DNA from: the human T2T-CHM13v2.0 reference genome, Homo sapiens | Assembly: GCF_009914755.1 (NCBI RefSeq) | Contig: NC_060937.1 | DNA: 64,000 nucleotides | Reading direction: 5' to 3' (one strand) | In this document: one piece after another, positions 14,725-39,429 of the stretch | Numbering within the stretch: the stretch's first letter is position 1 | Layout of the letters: every line of letters begins with the position of its first letter | Program-made: the position numbers and the translations under genes | Notes under the pieces: generated by a model | Database searches by the model: none | Told to the model about the DNA's origin: nothing | What the model saw: only the letters and a program-made list of their open reading frames with translations

Positions 14725-16234
14725 ATATTTGGACATCTATATTCATAGCAATATTATTCATAATAGCCAAGAGGTGGAAGCAACCCAGTTGTCCATCAAC
14801 AGATGAATGGATAAGCAAAATGTGGTTTGTACATACAATAAAACATGATCTAAACTTAAAAAAGAAGGAAATTCTGACACAAACTGTAACATGGATGAAG
14901 CTTGAAGACATTATGCTAAGTGAAATAAGCCAGTCAAAAAAAGATAAATACAGTATGAGTCCACTTATATGAGGTACCTAGAGCAGTCCAATTTATAGAG
15001 ACAGAAAATAGAATGGTGATTGCCAAGGGCCAGGGGAAGTGGGGAATGAGGAGTTATTGTTTAATCGAGTATGGAATTTCAGTTTGGAAAGATAAAGAAG
15101 TTCTGGAGATGAATGGTGGTAATGGTTGCACAACAATGTGAGTATTTAATGCCACTGTACTGTACACTTAAAATGGTAAATTTTATGTTTTTTATATATA
15201 TTACCGTGATTTACATGTAAATAAATAAATAAATAAATATTTAAAAAACTAAATTAAGGCTTCTGGTAATGATAGACTAGGTTATTCAGACCTCTCATTC
15301 TGCCGACTATAAGGTAGCCAAAATAAAAGGTATCTGCTTGAATACAAGCAAGAGAAAGTGAGACAGTGAAAAGTTGCTAGCCCATGTTTTAGGAGGAAAA
15401 GGGGAGGCTAGGAAGAGGAACCTCCTTTTTCTCTTGACTTTGAGGCTGCTTTTTCCTTGGAAGCATTTTTCAATTTTAGATGGAGGCTGCCGAGAGGCTG
15501 AGAAGGTCTCTTAACAGTACCAGAGGCAGATGAAATAAGGATTGGGGTCCAGGTGCTGCCAAGATTGAGGGGGAACTTCGGTGAACTTCTCTTGTTTTGA
15601 GTCGCAACCTTGTGGGCTGAATCCTAGAAAAAGGGTAAACTACAAGTAGAAAGATCCTTTCAAGGACCACTGTTCATATTTGAATTGTATCAATTCCTGA
15701 AACTACACTAAAATGATTCCAGATTGTTATTACTCCCAGGCAGCTGGCAGAAGCAAACATCAAATTATCTACAAAATAGTTTCCAAATACAATCTCCAGC
15801 ACTCAATGAAACATTTTTAGAATATAAAGAGAAACAATAGCATGATAGAAAATCACCAGAAACAGCAGGCCGGCAAAATCAACAGTCCACCAATATAAAA
15901 TCATGGTGATATCAAATATTAACTGTAAAATAACCAAATTTACTATATTCAATAAAAGATAGAGATTTTTGACAGAGGATTAGAAACTGAAAAAAAAAAA
16001 AGAACCAAATGGCAGTTCTAGAACTGAAAAAGACAATGACTATATTTTATAATTCAATGGGTGAATTTGACAGGAATTTAGACTGAGAGCTAAAGAGAGA
16101 ATTAGCGAATTGAAAGACAGACGAGAAAAAATGATTCATGTATATGCATATCTAGCATGATGAATATGAAACAGAAAGGACAGAAAATCCAGAAGAAAGA
16201 GTGAGAGAAAAAGAGGGTATGGTGAGAGTATTCA

Positions 16235-16666
<432 letters not shown>

Positions 16667-16989
16667 TCAATCACAGATTGAGAAAAGTCTATACATATTC
16701 AAAGCAACATTAACCAAAAGAAAACTATGCTTAGGCAAAGCATGTAAAACTGTTAAAAACCAAAGGAAAACAGGAAAATCTTGGAAATCACCATAGGAAA
16801 AAAAATTACTTCAAAAGAGCAATAATTAGACTGGCATCTCACTTTTCAGTGAAATGGAATAAAAAATGACAATGGAATTAAGTTAAATGACTAAAAGTTA
16901 ATATTTATCATCTTAAAATTTTTTCAATTCTAAGATATTTTGTGAATTCCAAGAAATTCCAGTGAAAATATCCTTCAAGAATGAAGGAG

Positions 16990-17135
16990 AGGCTGGGCGG
17001 GCATGGTGATGCATACCTGTAGTCCTAGCTAGTCTGGATGGTAAGGCAGGAGGATCACTTGAGCCCAGGAGTTCAAGCCTAGCCTGAGCCACATAGGGAG
17101 ACCTCATCTCTTAAAACAAACAAACAAACAAAAAA
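16990..17135 (+). mobile_element. Alu monomer (FLAM-like)
   Basis: ggctgggcgggcatggtg...ggatcacttgagcccaggagttcaag, (AAAC)n tail; flanking aagaatgaa repeat. Confidence 0.75.
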
Positions 17136-20100
17136 GAATGAAAATGAAACAAAAATAATCACGCGGGAGGCGGACCAAGATGGCCAATTAGAAGCTTCAG
17201 TCTGCAGCTCTCACCGAGAGGAGTGAAAATGGCAAGTGAATTCTGTACTTTCAACTGAGGCATCCAAGTTCTTTCTTGTTCTAGGCAGACAGCTTGACCC
17301 ATGGAGAGCAAGGAAAAGCAGGTTGAGGCGACAACCCACCTGAAGCAGCACAAAGCCAGGGAGACCCCACCCCCAGCCAAGGGAAGTAGTGAGTGACTGT
17401 GAGGCCCTGCCCAGGAAACCACTTTTTTCCCATGTATCTTTGCAACCTGTGGATCAGGAGATACCTGACCCACCAGAGACTTAGGTCTGAAGCAAAGAGC
17501 TGTGTGGAGTCTTGGGGAAGTGGACACTCACGCATGCACAGAGACCCAGGAGTTTTGTGTACTCTGGCCCTGGGGATTCTGGTGAGGTGGGAGTTCCATT
17601 CGTGCATTCCCCTAGGAAGGGGGCTGAATCCAGGGAGCCAAGCAGAGTTGTTCTGATGGCCCCACTCCAATGGCACCTCACAATTTAGGACACACTGGCT
17701 TGGAATTCCAGCTGGCCAGTGGCAGTAGGCTGGAGACTGCCTGAGACAGACTGAGTTCCCCAGGGGAGGGGCGGCTGCCATCTCTGTGGTTTGAGTGGGC
17801 CATTCTAGCATGCTGGCTCCGGGAAGTCCAGGCGGTCCAGACCAGAACTCTGATCTCTTCCTGTGACAGAGCCCCAGGGGAAGGGCCAGCCACAGGCTCT
17901 GTGTTTCAGCTGACTTAGTCTTTCTAGCCTCTGGCTCTAGAGAGTCTAGGCAGTCTGGACAAGGGGGCTCCCCCCACAGTGCAGCGCACCTGCCCTGCCA
18001 AGGGGCAGCAAGATTGCTACTTTAAGTGGGTCTCTGATCCCATTCCTCCTGATTGGGTGAGACTTCCCAACAGGGGTCTCTAGACTCCTCCTACAGGAGC
18101 GTTCAGGCCAGGATCAAGTTAATGCTCTCCTGAGATGGAGCTCCCAGAGGAAGGAGCGGCCTGCCATCTTTGCTGTTTCACAGCCTTCACTGGTGATACC
18201 TCCAGGTGTGGGAGGGATAGAGGTAACTAGGATATGGAGTGAACCCCCAGTAAACCACAGCAGCCCTACAGAAGAGTGGGCTGACCAATTAAAAAAAAAG
18301 AGAGAGAGCAACAACAACAACATCAACAAAAAGATCCTGCAAAAACCCCATTCAAAAGTCAGCAATCTCAAAAATCGAAGGTAGGTAAGCCCACAAAGAT
18401 GAGAAAGAATCAATACAAAAATGCTAAAAACTCAAAAAGCCAGAGTGCCTCTTCTCTTCCAAATGACTGCAACACCTTTCCAGCAAGGGCACAGAACTGG
18501 GTTGAGGCTGAGATGGCTGAATTCACAGAAGTAGGCTTCAGAAAGCAATAATGAACTTCACTGAGCTAAAGGAGCATGTTCTAATCCAATGCAAAGAAGC
18601 TAAGCATCATGATTAAACTATACAGGAGTTGGTAACAGAATAGCCAATTTAGAGAGGGGCATAACTGATCTGATAGAGCTGAAAAACACAACACAAGAAA
18701 TTCACAATGCAATCACAAGTATAAATAGCAGAATAGACCATGCAAAAGAAAAAAATCTTAGAGCTAGAAGATTATCTTTCTGAAATCAGACAGACAGACA
18801 GACAAGAATAGAGAAAAAATAATGCAATAGAATGAGTAAAACCTCTGAGAAATATGGGATTATGTAAAAAGACTGAACCTACAACTGACTGGTGTTCCTG
18901 AAAGGGAAGGGAAAAATGAAACCAAGTAGGAAAACATACTTCAGGATATCATCCGGGAGAACTTCCACAACCTAGCAAGACAGACCAATATTCAAATTCA
19001 GGAAATTCAGAGAATCCTAGTAACATCCTCCATGAGAAGATCAACCCCAAGACACATAATCATCAGATTCTGTGAGGTCAAATGAAGGAAAAAATGTTAA
19101 GGGCAACCAGAGAGAAAGGCCAGGTCACCTACAAAGGGAAGCCCATCAAACTAACAGCAGACCTCTCAGCAGAAACCCTAGAAGCCAGAAGAGATTGGAG
19201 GCCAATATTCAACATTCTTAAAGAAAAGAATTTCCAACCCAGAATTTCATTACCAGCCAAATTAAGCTTCATAAGCAAAGGAGAAATAAGATCCTTTTCA
19301 GACAAACAAACACTGAGGAAATTCATCACCACAAGGTCTGCCTTGCAAGAGCTCCTGAAAGAAGCACTAAATATGGAAAGGAAAAACTATATTATCCATT
19401 ACAAAAATACACTAAAGTACACAGACCAGTGACACTATGAAGCAACCACATAAACAAGTCTGCAAAATAACTGGCTAGCATCATGATGACGGGATCAAAT
19501 TCACACATAACAATATTAACCTTAAATGTAAATGGGTTAAATGTCCCAATTAAAAGACACAGATTGGCAAGATGGATAAAGACTTAAGCCCCATTGGTAT
19601 GCTGTCTTCAAGAGACTCACCTCACGTTCAAAGACACACGGAGGCTCAAAATAAAGGGATGGAGGAAAATTTACCAAGCAAATGGAAAGCAGAAAAAAGG
19701 AGGGGTTGCAATCCTAGTTTCTGACAAAACAGACTTTAAACCAGCTAAAATCAAAGAAGACAAAGAAGGGCATTATATAATGGTAAAGTGTTCAATTGAA
19801 CAAGAAGAGCTAACTATCCTAAATACATATACACCCAATACAGAAATACCCAGATCCATAAAACAAGTTTTTAGAGACCTACTAAGAGACTTAGACTCCC
19901 ACCAAATAATAGTGGGAGACTTTAACACCCCACTGACAATATTAGACAGATCATCAAGATGGACAATTAACAAAGATATTCACGGCCTGAACTCAATTCT
20001 GAATCAAGTGGACCTAATAGATACCTATGGAACTCTCCACCCAAAAACAACAGACTATACATTCTTCTCATCACCACATAGCACTTACCTAAAATTGATC

Positions 20101-21557
20101 AGACAATTGAAAGTAAAACACTCCTCAGCAAATGCAAAACAACTGAAATCATAACAAATAGTTTCTCAGACCACAGTGCAATCAAATAAGAGCTCAAGAT
20201 TAAGAAGCTCACTCAAAGTCACACAACTATATGGAAATTGAACAACCTGCTCCTAAATGGCTCTTGGGTAAATAATGAAATTAACGCAGAAATCAAGAAG
20301 TTCTTTGAAACTAGTGAGAACAAAAAGACAACATTCCAGGATCTCTGGGACCCAGCTAAAGCAGTGTTAAGAAGGTAATTTATAGCACTAAATGCCCATG
20401 TGAAAAAGCTAGAAAGATCTCAAATCAACAACCTAACATTACTACTAAAAGAACTAGAGAACCAAGAGCAAACAAACCCCAAGGCTAGCAGAAGACAAGA
20501 AATAACCAAGATCAGAGCAGAACTGAAGGAGATAGAGACACGAAAAACCCTTCAAAAATTCAACAAATCCAGGAGCTTTCTTTTTTAAAAATTAATAGAC
20601 CACTAGCTAGACTAACAAAGAAGAAAAGAGAGAAGAATCAAATAGACACAATCAGAAATGATAAGGGGGATATCGCCACTGATCCCACAGAAATGCAAAC
20701 AAACATTAGAGAATACTATAAACACTTTTATGCACATAAACTGGAAAATCTAGAAGAAATGGATACATTTCTGGACACACACACCACCCCCAAGACTGAA
20801 CCAGGGAGAAACTGAATCCCTGAATAGACCAATAATGAATTCTCAAATTGAAGCAGTAATAAATTGTCTACCAACCAAAAAAAGCCCAGGACCAGACAGA
20901 TTCACAGCTGAATTCTACCAGAGGTACAAAGAAGAGCTGGTACCATTTCTACTGAGACTATTCCAAACAATTGAAAAGGAAGGACTCCTCCCTAACTCAT
21001 TTTATGAGGCCAGCATCATCTTGATACCACAACCTTATAGCAGACATACAACAAAAAACCAAAACTTCAGGCCAATATCCCCAATGAACATCGATGCAAA
21101 AATCCTCAGTAAAATACTGGCAAACTGAATCCAGCAGCACATCAAAGAGCTTATCCACCATGATCAAGGTGGCTTCATCCCTGAGATACAAGATTGGTTC
21201 AACATATGCAAATCAATAAATGTATTTCATCATATAAACAGAACAAAAACCACATGATTATCTCAATAGACACAGAAAAGGCCTTTGATAAAATTCAACA
21301 TCTTTTCATGTTAAAAACTCTAAATAAACTAGGTATTGAAGGAGCATACCTCAAAATAATAACAGCCATATATGACAAATCGACAGCCAATATCATACTG
21401 AATGGGCAAAAGCTAGAAACATTTCCCTTGAAAACTGGCACAAGACAAGGATGCCCTCTCATCAATCCTATTCAACATAGTATTGGAAGTTCTGGCCAGG
21501 GCAATCAGGCAAGAGAAAGCAATAAAGAGCATTCAAATAGAAAGAGAGGAAGTCGAA

Positions 21558-21611
21558 GCCTGGGTAACAGAGTGAGACTCTGTCTCAAAAAAAAAAAAAA
21601 AAAAAAAAAAA
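21558..21611 (+). mobile_element. Extremely 5'-truncated Alu (last ~29 nt plus poly-A)
   Basis: gcctgggtaacagagtgagactctgtctc followed by pure A tract; TSD agaaagagaggaagt at 21539-21553 and 21612-21626. Confidence 0.9.
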
Positions 21612-22895
21612 AGAAAGAGAGGAAGTTGAATTATCTTTGTTTGAAGATTATATGATCCTATATCTAGAAAACCCCATTGTCTTAGCCCAAAAGCTTCTTA
21701 AGCTCATAAGCAACTTCAGCAATGTCTTAGGATACAAAATCAATGTGCAAAAATCATAAGGATTCCTATACACAAACAATAGGCAAGCAGAGGGCCAAAT
21801 AATGAATGAATTTCCATGCACAATTCCTACAAAGAGAATAAAATACGTAGGAATACAGCTAACAAGGGAAGTGAAGGACCTCTTCAAGGAGAACTACAAA
21901 CCACTGCTCAGGGAAATCAGAAAGGACACAAACAAATGAAAATACATTCCATGCTCATGGATAGGAAGAATCAATATCATGAAAATGACCATACTGCCCA
22001 AATTTATAGATTCAATGGTATTCTCATTAAATTACCACTGATATTCTTCACAGAATTAGAAAAAAACTATTTTAAAATTCACATGGAATCCAAAAAGAGC
22101 CCGAATAGCCAAGACAATCCTAAGCAGAAGGAACAAAGCTGGAGGCATCATGCTACCCAACTTCAAACCATACTAATAAGGCTACAGTAACCAAAAGAGC
22201 ATGGTACTTGTACAAAAACAGATACATAGACCAATGGAACAGAATAGAGAACTGAGAGATAAGACCACACACCTACACCCACCTGATCACTGACAAATCT
22301 GACAAAAAGAAGCAGTGGGAAAAGGATTCCCTATTTAATAAATGGTGCTGGAAGAGCTGGCCAGCCATATGCAGAAACTGGACCCCTACTTTACACCATA
22401 TACAAATATTAACTCAAGATGGATTAAACACTTAAATGTAAAACCCAAAACTATAAAAACCGTAGAAGAAATAGGCAATACCATTCAAGGCATAGGCACA
22501 GGCAAAGATTTCATGCCAAAAATGTCAAAAACAATTGCAACTAAAGCAAAAATTGACAAATGGGATCTAATTAAACTAAAGAGCTCTGTACAGCAAAAGA
22601 AATTATCATCAGAGTGAACAGACAACCTACAGAATGGGAGAAAAATTTTGCAGTCTATCCATCTGACAAAGATCTAATATCCAGCATCTACAAGAAACTT
22701 AAATAAATTTACAAGAAAAAAACAACCCCATTAAAAAGTGGGCAAAGGACACGAACAGACACTTCTAAAAAGAAGACATTCATGCAGCCAACAAACATAT
22801 AAAAAAAGCTCAACATCACTCATTGTTAAAGAAATGCACAAAAACCTAAAACCAAAATGAGATACCATCTCATGCCAGTCAGAGTGGTGATTACT

Positions 22896-29720
<6,825 letters not shown>

Positions 29721-30842
29721 AGAGTGGTGATTATTAAATAGTTAAGAAACAGCAGATACTGTCAAGGTTGTGGAGAAAAAGGAATGCTTTTACACTGTTG
29801 GTGGGCATGTAAATTAATTCAAAAGTGTAGGAGACAGTGTGGTAATTCCTCAAAGATCTAGAAGCAGAAATACCATTTGACCCAGCAATCCCTTTACTGG
29901 CTATATACCCAAAAGAATAGAAATCATTCTATTATAAAGATACATACATATGTATGTTCATTGTAGCGCTATTCACGATAGCAAAGACATGGAATCAACC
30001 CAAATGCCCATCAGTGATAGACTCGATAAAGAAAATGTGGTATATATAAACTATGGACTACTATGCAGGCATAAAAAGGAATGAGATCATGTCCTTTGCA
30101 GGGACATGGATGGGGCTGGAGGCCGTTATCCTCAGTAAATTACTGCAGGAACAGAAAATCAAACACTGCATGTTCTCACTTGTAAGTGGGAGGTGAACGA
30201 TGAGAACACATAGACACATGGAGGGGAGCAACACACACTGGGGCTTGTCAGGTGTGGTGGGGGTTGGGAGAGCATCAAGAAGAATAGCTAATGGATGCTG
30301 GGCTTAACAGCTAGATGATGGGTTGATCTGTGCAGCAAACTACCTATGTAACAAACCTGCACATCCTGCACATGTAACCCAGAACACAAAATAAAAGTTG
30401 AAGAAAAAAATAAATAATTATGGAAACAAAAACTGAGATAATTCATCATAAGAAGATCTGAACTAAAGGAAATGCTAAAAGGTATTCTTCAGGCAAAAGA
30501 AAAATGATCCCAGATAGATGATAGAAATTCAGAGATGTAGGAAGAAATGAAGAGCAGTAAAAAAAAAAAAAAAAAAAGTAAGTGAAAAACAATGTTTTAT
30601 GATTTTCAAATATGTACAATTAAAATATAACAATGGCATAAAGGTATGGATGGGGGATGAATAGAGTTAAATAAAATATTTGAAAGTCCTTTTGAAAGAG
30701 GGTGAAAAATAACCAAATAATCAAGTAGCATATTTATAATAAAAATACAGCAATTATAACGAATGTAAAAGATTAATTTTTTGATTAAAGGTTAAGACTG
30801 CCAAACCACATTAAGATAAAAACAATATCACCTTTTTACTGC

Positions 30843-30960
30843 TTTTTTTGTTTGAGATATGGTCTCGCTCTGTGGTCATACTGGAGTGCACTGGCCTGAC
30901 CATGGTTCACTGCATCCTCAACTTTCTGGGCTCACGCAATCCTCCCACCTCAGCCTCTTG
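30843..30960 (-). mobile_element. AluJ 3' fragment
   Basis: tttgagatatggtctcgctctgt...ctgggctcacgcaatcctcccacctcagcctc. Confidence 0.75.
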
Positions 30961-31762
30961 TGTTTACTGCTTTACAAGTAAAGTATAGAAAACATCAGGA
31001 TGGGAAAAGATGTAACATGCCATGCAAACATCTATCAAAAGATTAACATAGTAGTAACTACATTAGTATCAAACAGACTTTAAGGCAAAAAACATTACTG
31101 TGAGTATAGAGAGAAATTCCTTATGATAAATGAGCTAGTTCACCAAAGAGCTATAATAATTATATATCTGAACATATGTAATAACACAGCTTCAAAATAT
31201 GTAAGGGAAAAATTGACAGATCCTAAGAGGAGAAGTTCACAACTATAGTAGGATACTTTGCGCACCTCTTCTAGTCAATGGTAGAACAAGCAAACAAAAA
31301 TTCAGTTGGGATACAGAAAATCTGAACACAATAATGAGTCAAGCTGATCTAATTGTCAAATATACAACACTCATGCTCAATAATAGCAGACTATCTGTTA
31401 TTTTCAAATGCACATGAAATATTTATAAAAAATTGCTATAAGTGAAATCAGAAATCAAATATTGACACGTGTCAAAGAACTTAAGTCATACAAAAAATTT
31501 TCTTCTATTAAATGCAATTAAACTAGAAACAACAAACATAACTAGAAAATCGCTACATGTTTGGCCATTAAGACATAAACTTCTAAATAACCCACCAGTC
31601 AATGAAAATATCACAATGAATATTTTAAAATATTTTAAATTGAAAAATGTCAAAAATGTTACATTTCAAAACTTGTAGGATATAGCTAAAATGTTGTTAG
31701 AGGGAAATCTATAAGTTTATATGCATATGTTTGAAAAGAAGAAAGGTGGACATTCAATTATT

Positions 31763-32061
<299 letters not shown>

Positions 32062-32363
32062 TCAATTATTTAAATAACTGTCATGAGAAAAAAAAAAGAA
32101 CATTAAAGTAAACTCCAAAATTATGTAAGGAAGAAATAATAAATGTAGCCACAAGACTTAATATAATAGAAAATAAAATAGAGAGGAATGACAAAATAAA
32201 AGATAGATTATTTGAGAAGACTAATAAGTTGATGAACCCATGGCAACATTGATTAAGAAAAAAAGAGAAAAGATGTAAAGAATCAATGAAAAATAGAAAA
32301 GTAGAAATACCACAGACCTCATAAACATGAAAACACCATGAGAAGATAGCATGAACAACTTTA

Positions 32364-32685
32364 TTTACTTATTTTAACTTTTATTTTAGGTTCAGGGGTA
32401 CATGCGCAGGTTTGTTATATTGGCAAACTTGTGCCATGGGGGTTTGTTGTACAAATTATTTCATCACCTAGGTACCAAGCCAAATACTCAACAGTTATTT
32501 TTTTTCTGACTGATGCTCTCCCTCCTCCTACCCTCCACCCTCAAGTAGGCCCCAGGGTCTGTTGTTTCGTTCTTTGTGTTCGTGTGTCCTCATCATTTAG
32601 TCCCACTTACAAGTGAGAGAATGTGGTATTTGATTTTCTGGCTGCGTTAGTTTTCTAAGGATGATGGCCTCCAGCTCCATTTGTG
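32364..32685 (-). mobile_element. 5'-truncated old L1PA 3' end (PA12-PA15 range)
   Basis: L1PA-type 3'UTR; TSD atgaacaacttta at 32351-32363 and 32686-32698. Confidence 0.85.
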
Positions 32686-33098
32686 ATGAACAACTTTAAA
32701 ACAATATTTTGAAAATTTAGAGGAAATGTTTAAATTTGTTAGATAAAAGTATAACTTACCAATATTGGGACAAAAATAGAAAATCTGAAAGCCACATAAG
32801 GATTAAAGAATATGATCTATAAAACCCAATAGCTTTGCCAATATATTCTTCTGGACATTTAGGAACGCAATAATGCTAATTTATAACAAACTCTTACAGA
32901 GAAAAACCAAAGTAGGAATACTCTACAACAATTAGGTCAAACCTTCTGAAAAGGCTGTTGGTGTCAATCAAAAATGATTGAATATCAGCGATTGCATATG
33001 GGTCAATCTAATAGTTTTATGATCCATCACAAAATTGATACAAAATCCCAATGAGGATATTTTAAGAAAGGATAATACAGCATGACCAAGTCCGGTTT

Positions 33099-33683
33099 TG
33101 TTGAGGCCAAGAGAGAACTCTGAAAATCAACTGACAGAGGCAGATGAAGAGGAGAAAAGGCATATGAATATATTAATGTGCAGGGAGGGGGAGCCATCCC
33201 AGAATGATTAACCCACCACACAATAGGCCAAAGGGGTACAGATGCTTACATACCCTTCTTCTTAGGGGAAAGGAAGATAGGAAAGTGTGGATGATTTTAG
33301 GGGGATAGTAAATGATTTTTAGGGGAATTCAATGAGACTGAAAAACGTAATGGCCTGGGACAAAGTTAGCTGGGCTTGCAGAGCACATAGTGGTTTGTGA
33401 CAAGTCTGTTCAGGCGTGTTGACAGACTTCAGTGTTTCTTCCTGCAATATAAGTTCAGTTTATAAAACTCAGGGAAGGGAGCAGAGGTCATTGTTTTCTT
33501 CTTCGGTGAGCCCAGACTTTAGGCAGATAAGGGAAGTTCAGAGAACAACTCCATCCTGTGCTTTGGGAGAGACAGAGGATTGAGAGACAAGATGGGGGAA
33601 GCCCAGAGAGGCCTTGAGGCTTCTCGTTCAGTTCAGCATTTCAAGGCATCATATTTTGGGGTATCAGTTTCTGAGCCCCAACA
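33099..33683 (-). mobile_element. Solo ERV1 LTR, MER34/MER39 family
   Basis: Minus-strand start TGTTGGGGCTCAGAAACTGATACCCCAAAATATG; TG...CA ends; 4-bp TSD gttt. Confidence 0.75.
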
Positions 33684-34521
33684 GTTTGTTCTAGAAAGTT
33701 AACTTAAAGGGGGTAAAATCTATGTAACTTACAAAATTAGCAACACAAAGAAGAAAAATGACACAATCAACTCAATGGACTTGGAAAGGGTATTTGATAA
33801 AAAAAACACTTATTCATGATACAGGAAGGAAGTGGGGGAAAAACTCTTGGCAAAGTAGAAATAGAAAGAAACTGATAAGTTGTATCCACCAAAAACCTAC
33901 AGCCAATATCATACTTATTGGGCAAGTGTTGAAAGCTTTTGTTCTGGTATCAGGGATCAGACCAGGATGCTCATCATTAACTATTTCTATTAAACATTTT
34001 ACTGGATATTCTAGTCAGTACATAATGTGAAGAAAAAGAAACAAATTATAGAAAGAAAGAGAATTATCATTATTCAGAAATAATATAAAAAAATTATATC
34101 CCTAAAAAATCTAAAATAATCTGTATTTAGAACTAATGTTCTAATAGTTCCACTAGAATGATTAGATTTTATCTAATATATAGTATGTGTTAGATTATAT
34201 ATCATTTATTAGATTTTATCTAATGTATATAAAATATATCTAAATAGATACAGGATCTTAAGGTTGAAGGTTTGGATATTGATTTGAGAACTACTTTTTT
34301 TTTTTTTTTTTTTTTTATTATACTCTAAGTTTTAGGGTACATGTGCACATTGTGCAGGTTAGTTACATATGTATACATGTGCCATGCTGGTGCGCTGCAC
34401 CCACTAATGTGTCATCTAGCATTAGGTATATCTCCCAATGCTATCCCTCCCCCCTCCCCCGACCCCACCACAGTCCCCAGAGTGTGATATTCCCCTTCCT
34501 GTGTCCATGTGATCTCATTGT

Positions 34522-38373
<3,852 letters not shown>

Positions 38374-38412
38374 TCATTAGTTGATGCAGTTTCTTCCTAG
38401 TCTCGATGGTCT

Positions 38413-39429
38413 TTACATTTTGGCATGATTTTGCAGCGGCTGGTACCGGTTGTTCCTTTCCATGTTTAGCGCTTCCTTCAGGAGCTCTTTTAGGGCAGGC
38501 CTGGTGGTGACAAAATCTCTCAGCATTTGCTTGTCTATAAAGTATTTTATTTCTCCTTCACTTATGAAGCTTAGTTTGGCTGGATATGAAATTCTGGGTT
38601 GAAAATTCTTTTCTTTAAGAATGTTGAATATTGGCCCCCACTCTCTTCTGGCTTGTAGGGTTTCTGCCGAGAGATCCGCTGTTAGTCTGATGGGCTTTCC
38701 TTTGAGGGTAACCCGACCTTTCTCTCTGGCTGCCCTTAACATTTTTTCCTTCATTTCAACTTTGGTGAATCTGACAATTATGTGTCTTGGAGTTGCTCTT
38801 CTCGAGGAGTATCTTTGTGGCGTTCTCTGTATTTCCTGAATCTGAACGTTGGCCTGCCTTGCTAGATTGGGGAAGTTCTCCTGGATAATATCCTGCAGAG
38901 TGTTTTCCAACTTGGTTCCATTCTCCACATCACTTTCAGGTACACCAATCAGACGTAGATTTGGTCTTTTCACATAGTCCCATATTTCTTGGAGGCTTTG
39001 CTCATTTCTTTTTATTCTTTTTTCTCTAAACTTCCCTTCTCGCTTCATTTCATTCATTTCATCTTCCATTGCTGATACCCTTTCTTCCAGTTGATCGCAT
39101 CGGCTCCTGAGGCTTCTGCATTCTTCACGTAGTTCTCGAGCCTTGGTTTTCAGCTCCATCAGCTCCTTTAAGCACTTCTCTGTATTGGTTATTCTAGTTA
39201 TACATTCTTCTAAATTTTTTTCAAAGTTTTCAACTTCTTTGCCTTTGGTTTGAATGTCCTCCCGTAGCTCAGAGTAATTTGATCGTCTGAAGCCTTCTTC
39301 TCTCAGCTCGTCAAAATCATTCTCCATCCAGCTTTGTTCTGTTGCTGGTGAGGAACTGCGTTCCTTTGGAGGAGGAGAGGCGCTCTGCGTTTTAGAGTTT
39401 CCAGTTTTTCTGTTCTGTTTTTTCCCCAT
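38413..39429 (-). CDS. LINE-1 ORF1p (RNA-binding chaperone), 338 aa
   Basis: MGKKQNRKTG...; REKG, ARR and YPAKLS motifs intact; 63-nt inter-ORF spacer. Confidence 0.98.
   Translation of the reverse strand: MGKKQNRKTGNSKTQSASPPPKERSSSPATEQSWMENDFDELREEGFRRSNYSELREDIQTKGKEVENFEKNLEECITRITNTEKCLKELMELKTKARELREECRSLRSRCDQLEERVSAMEDEMNEMKREGKFREKRIKRNEQSLQEIWDYVKRPNLRLIGVPESDVENGTKLENTLQDIIQENFPNLARQANVQIQEIQRTPQRYSSRRATPRHIIVRFTKVEMKEKMLRAAREKGRVTLKGKPIRLTADLSAETLQARREWGPIFNILKEKNFQPRISYPAKLSFISEGEIKYFIDKQMLRDFVTTRPALKELLKEALNMERNNRYQPLQNHAKM

Noticed and set aside
17159-18413. ORFs up to 176 aa on both strands
   Set aside because: They lie within the GC-rich L1PA 5'UTR; the same applies to 28341-29569 and 58017-59299.
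34295-34320. 3' transduction on the L1HS itself
   Set aside because: The poly-A abuts the TSD with no intervening sequence.
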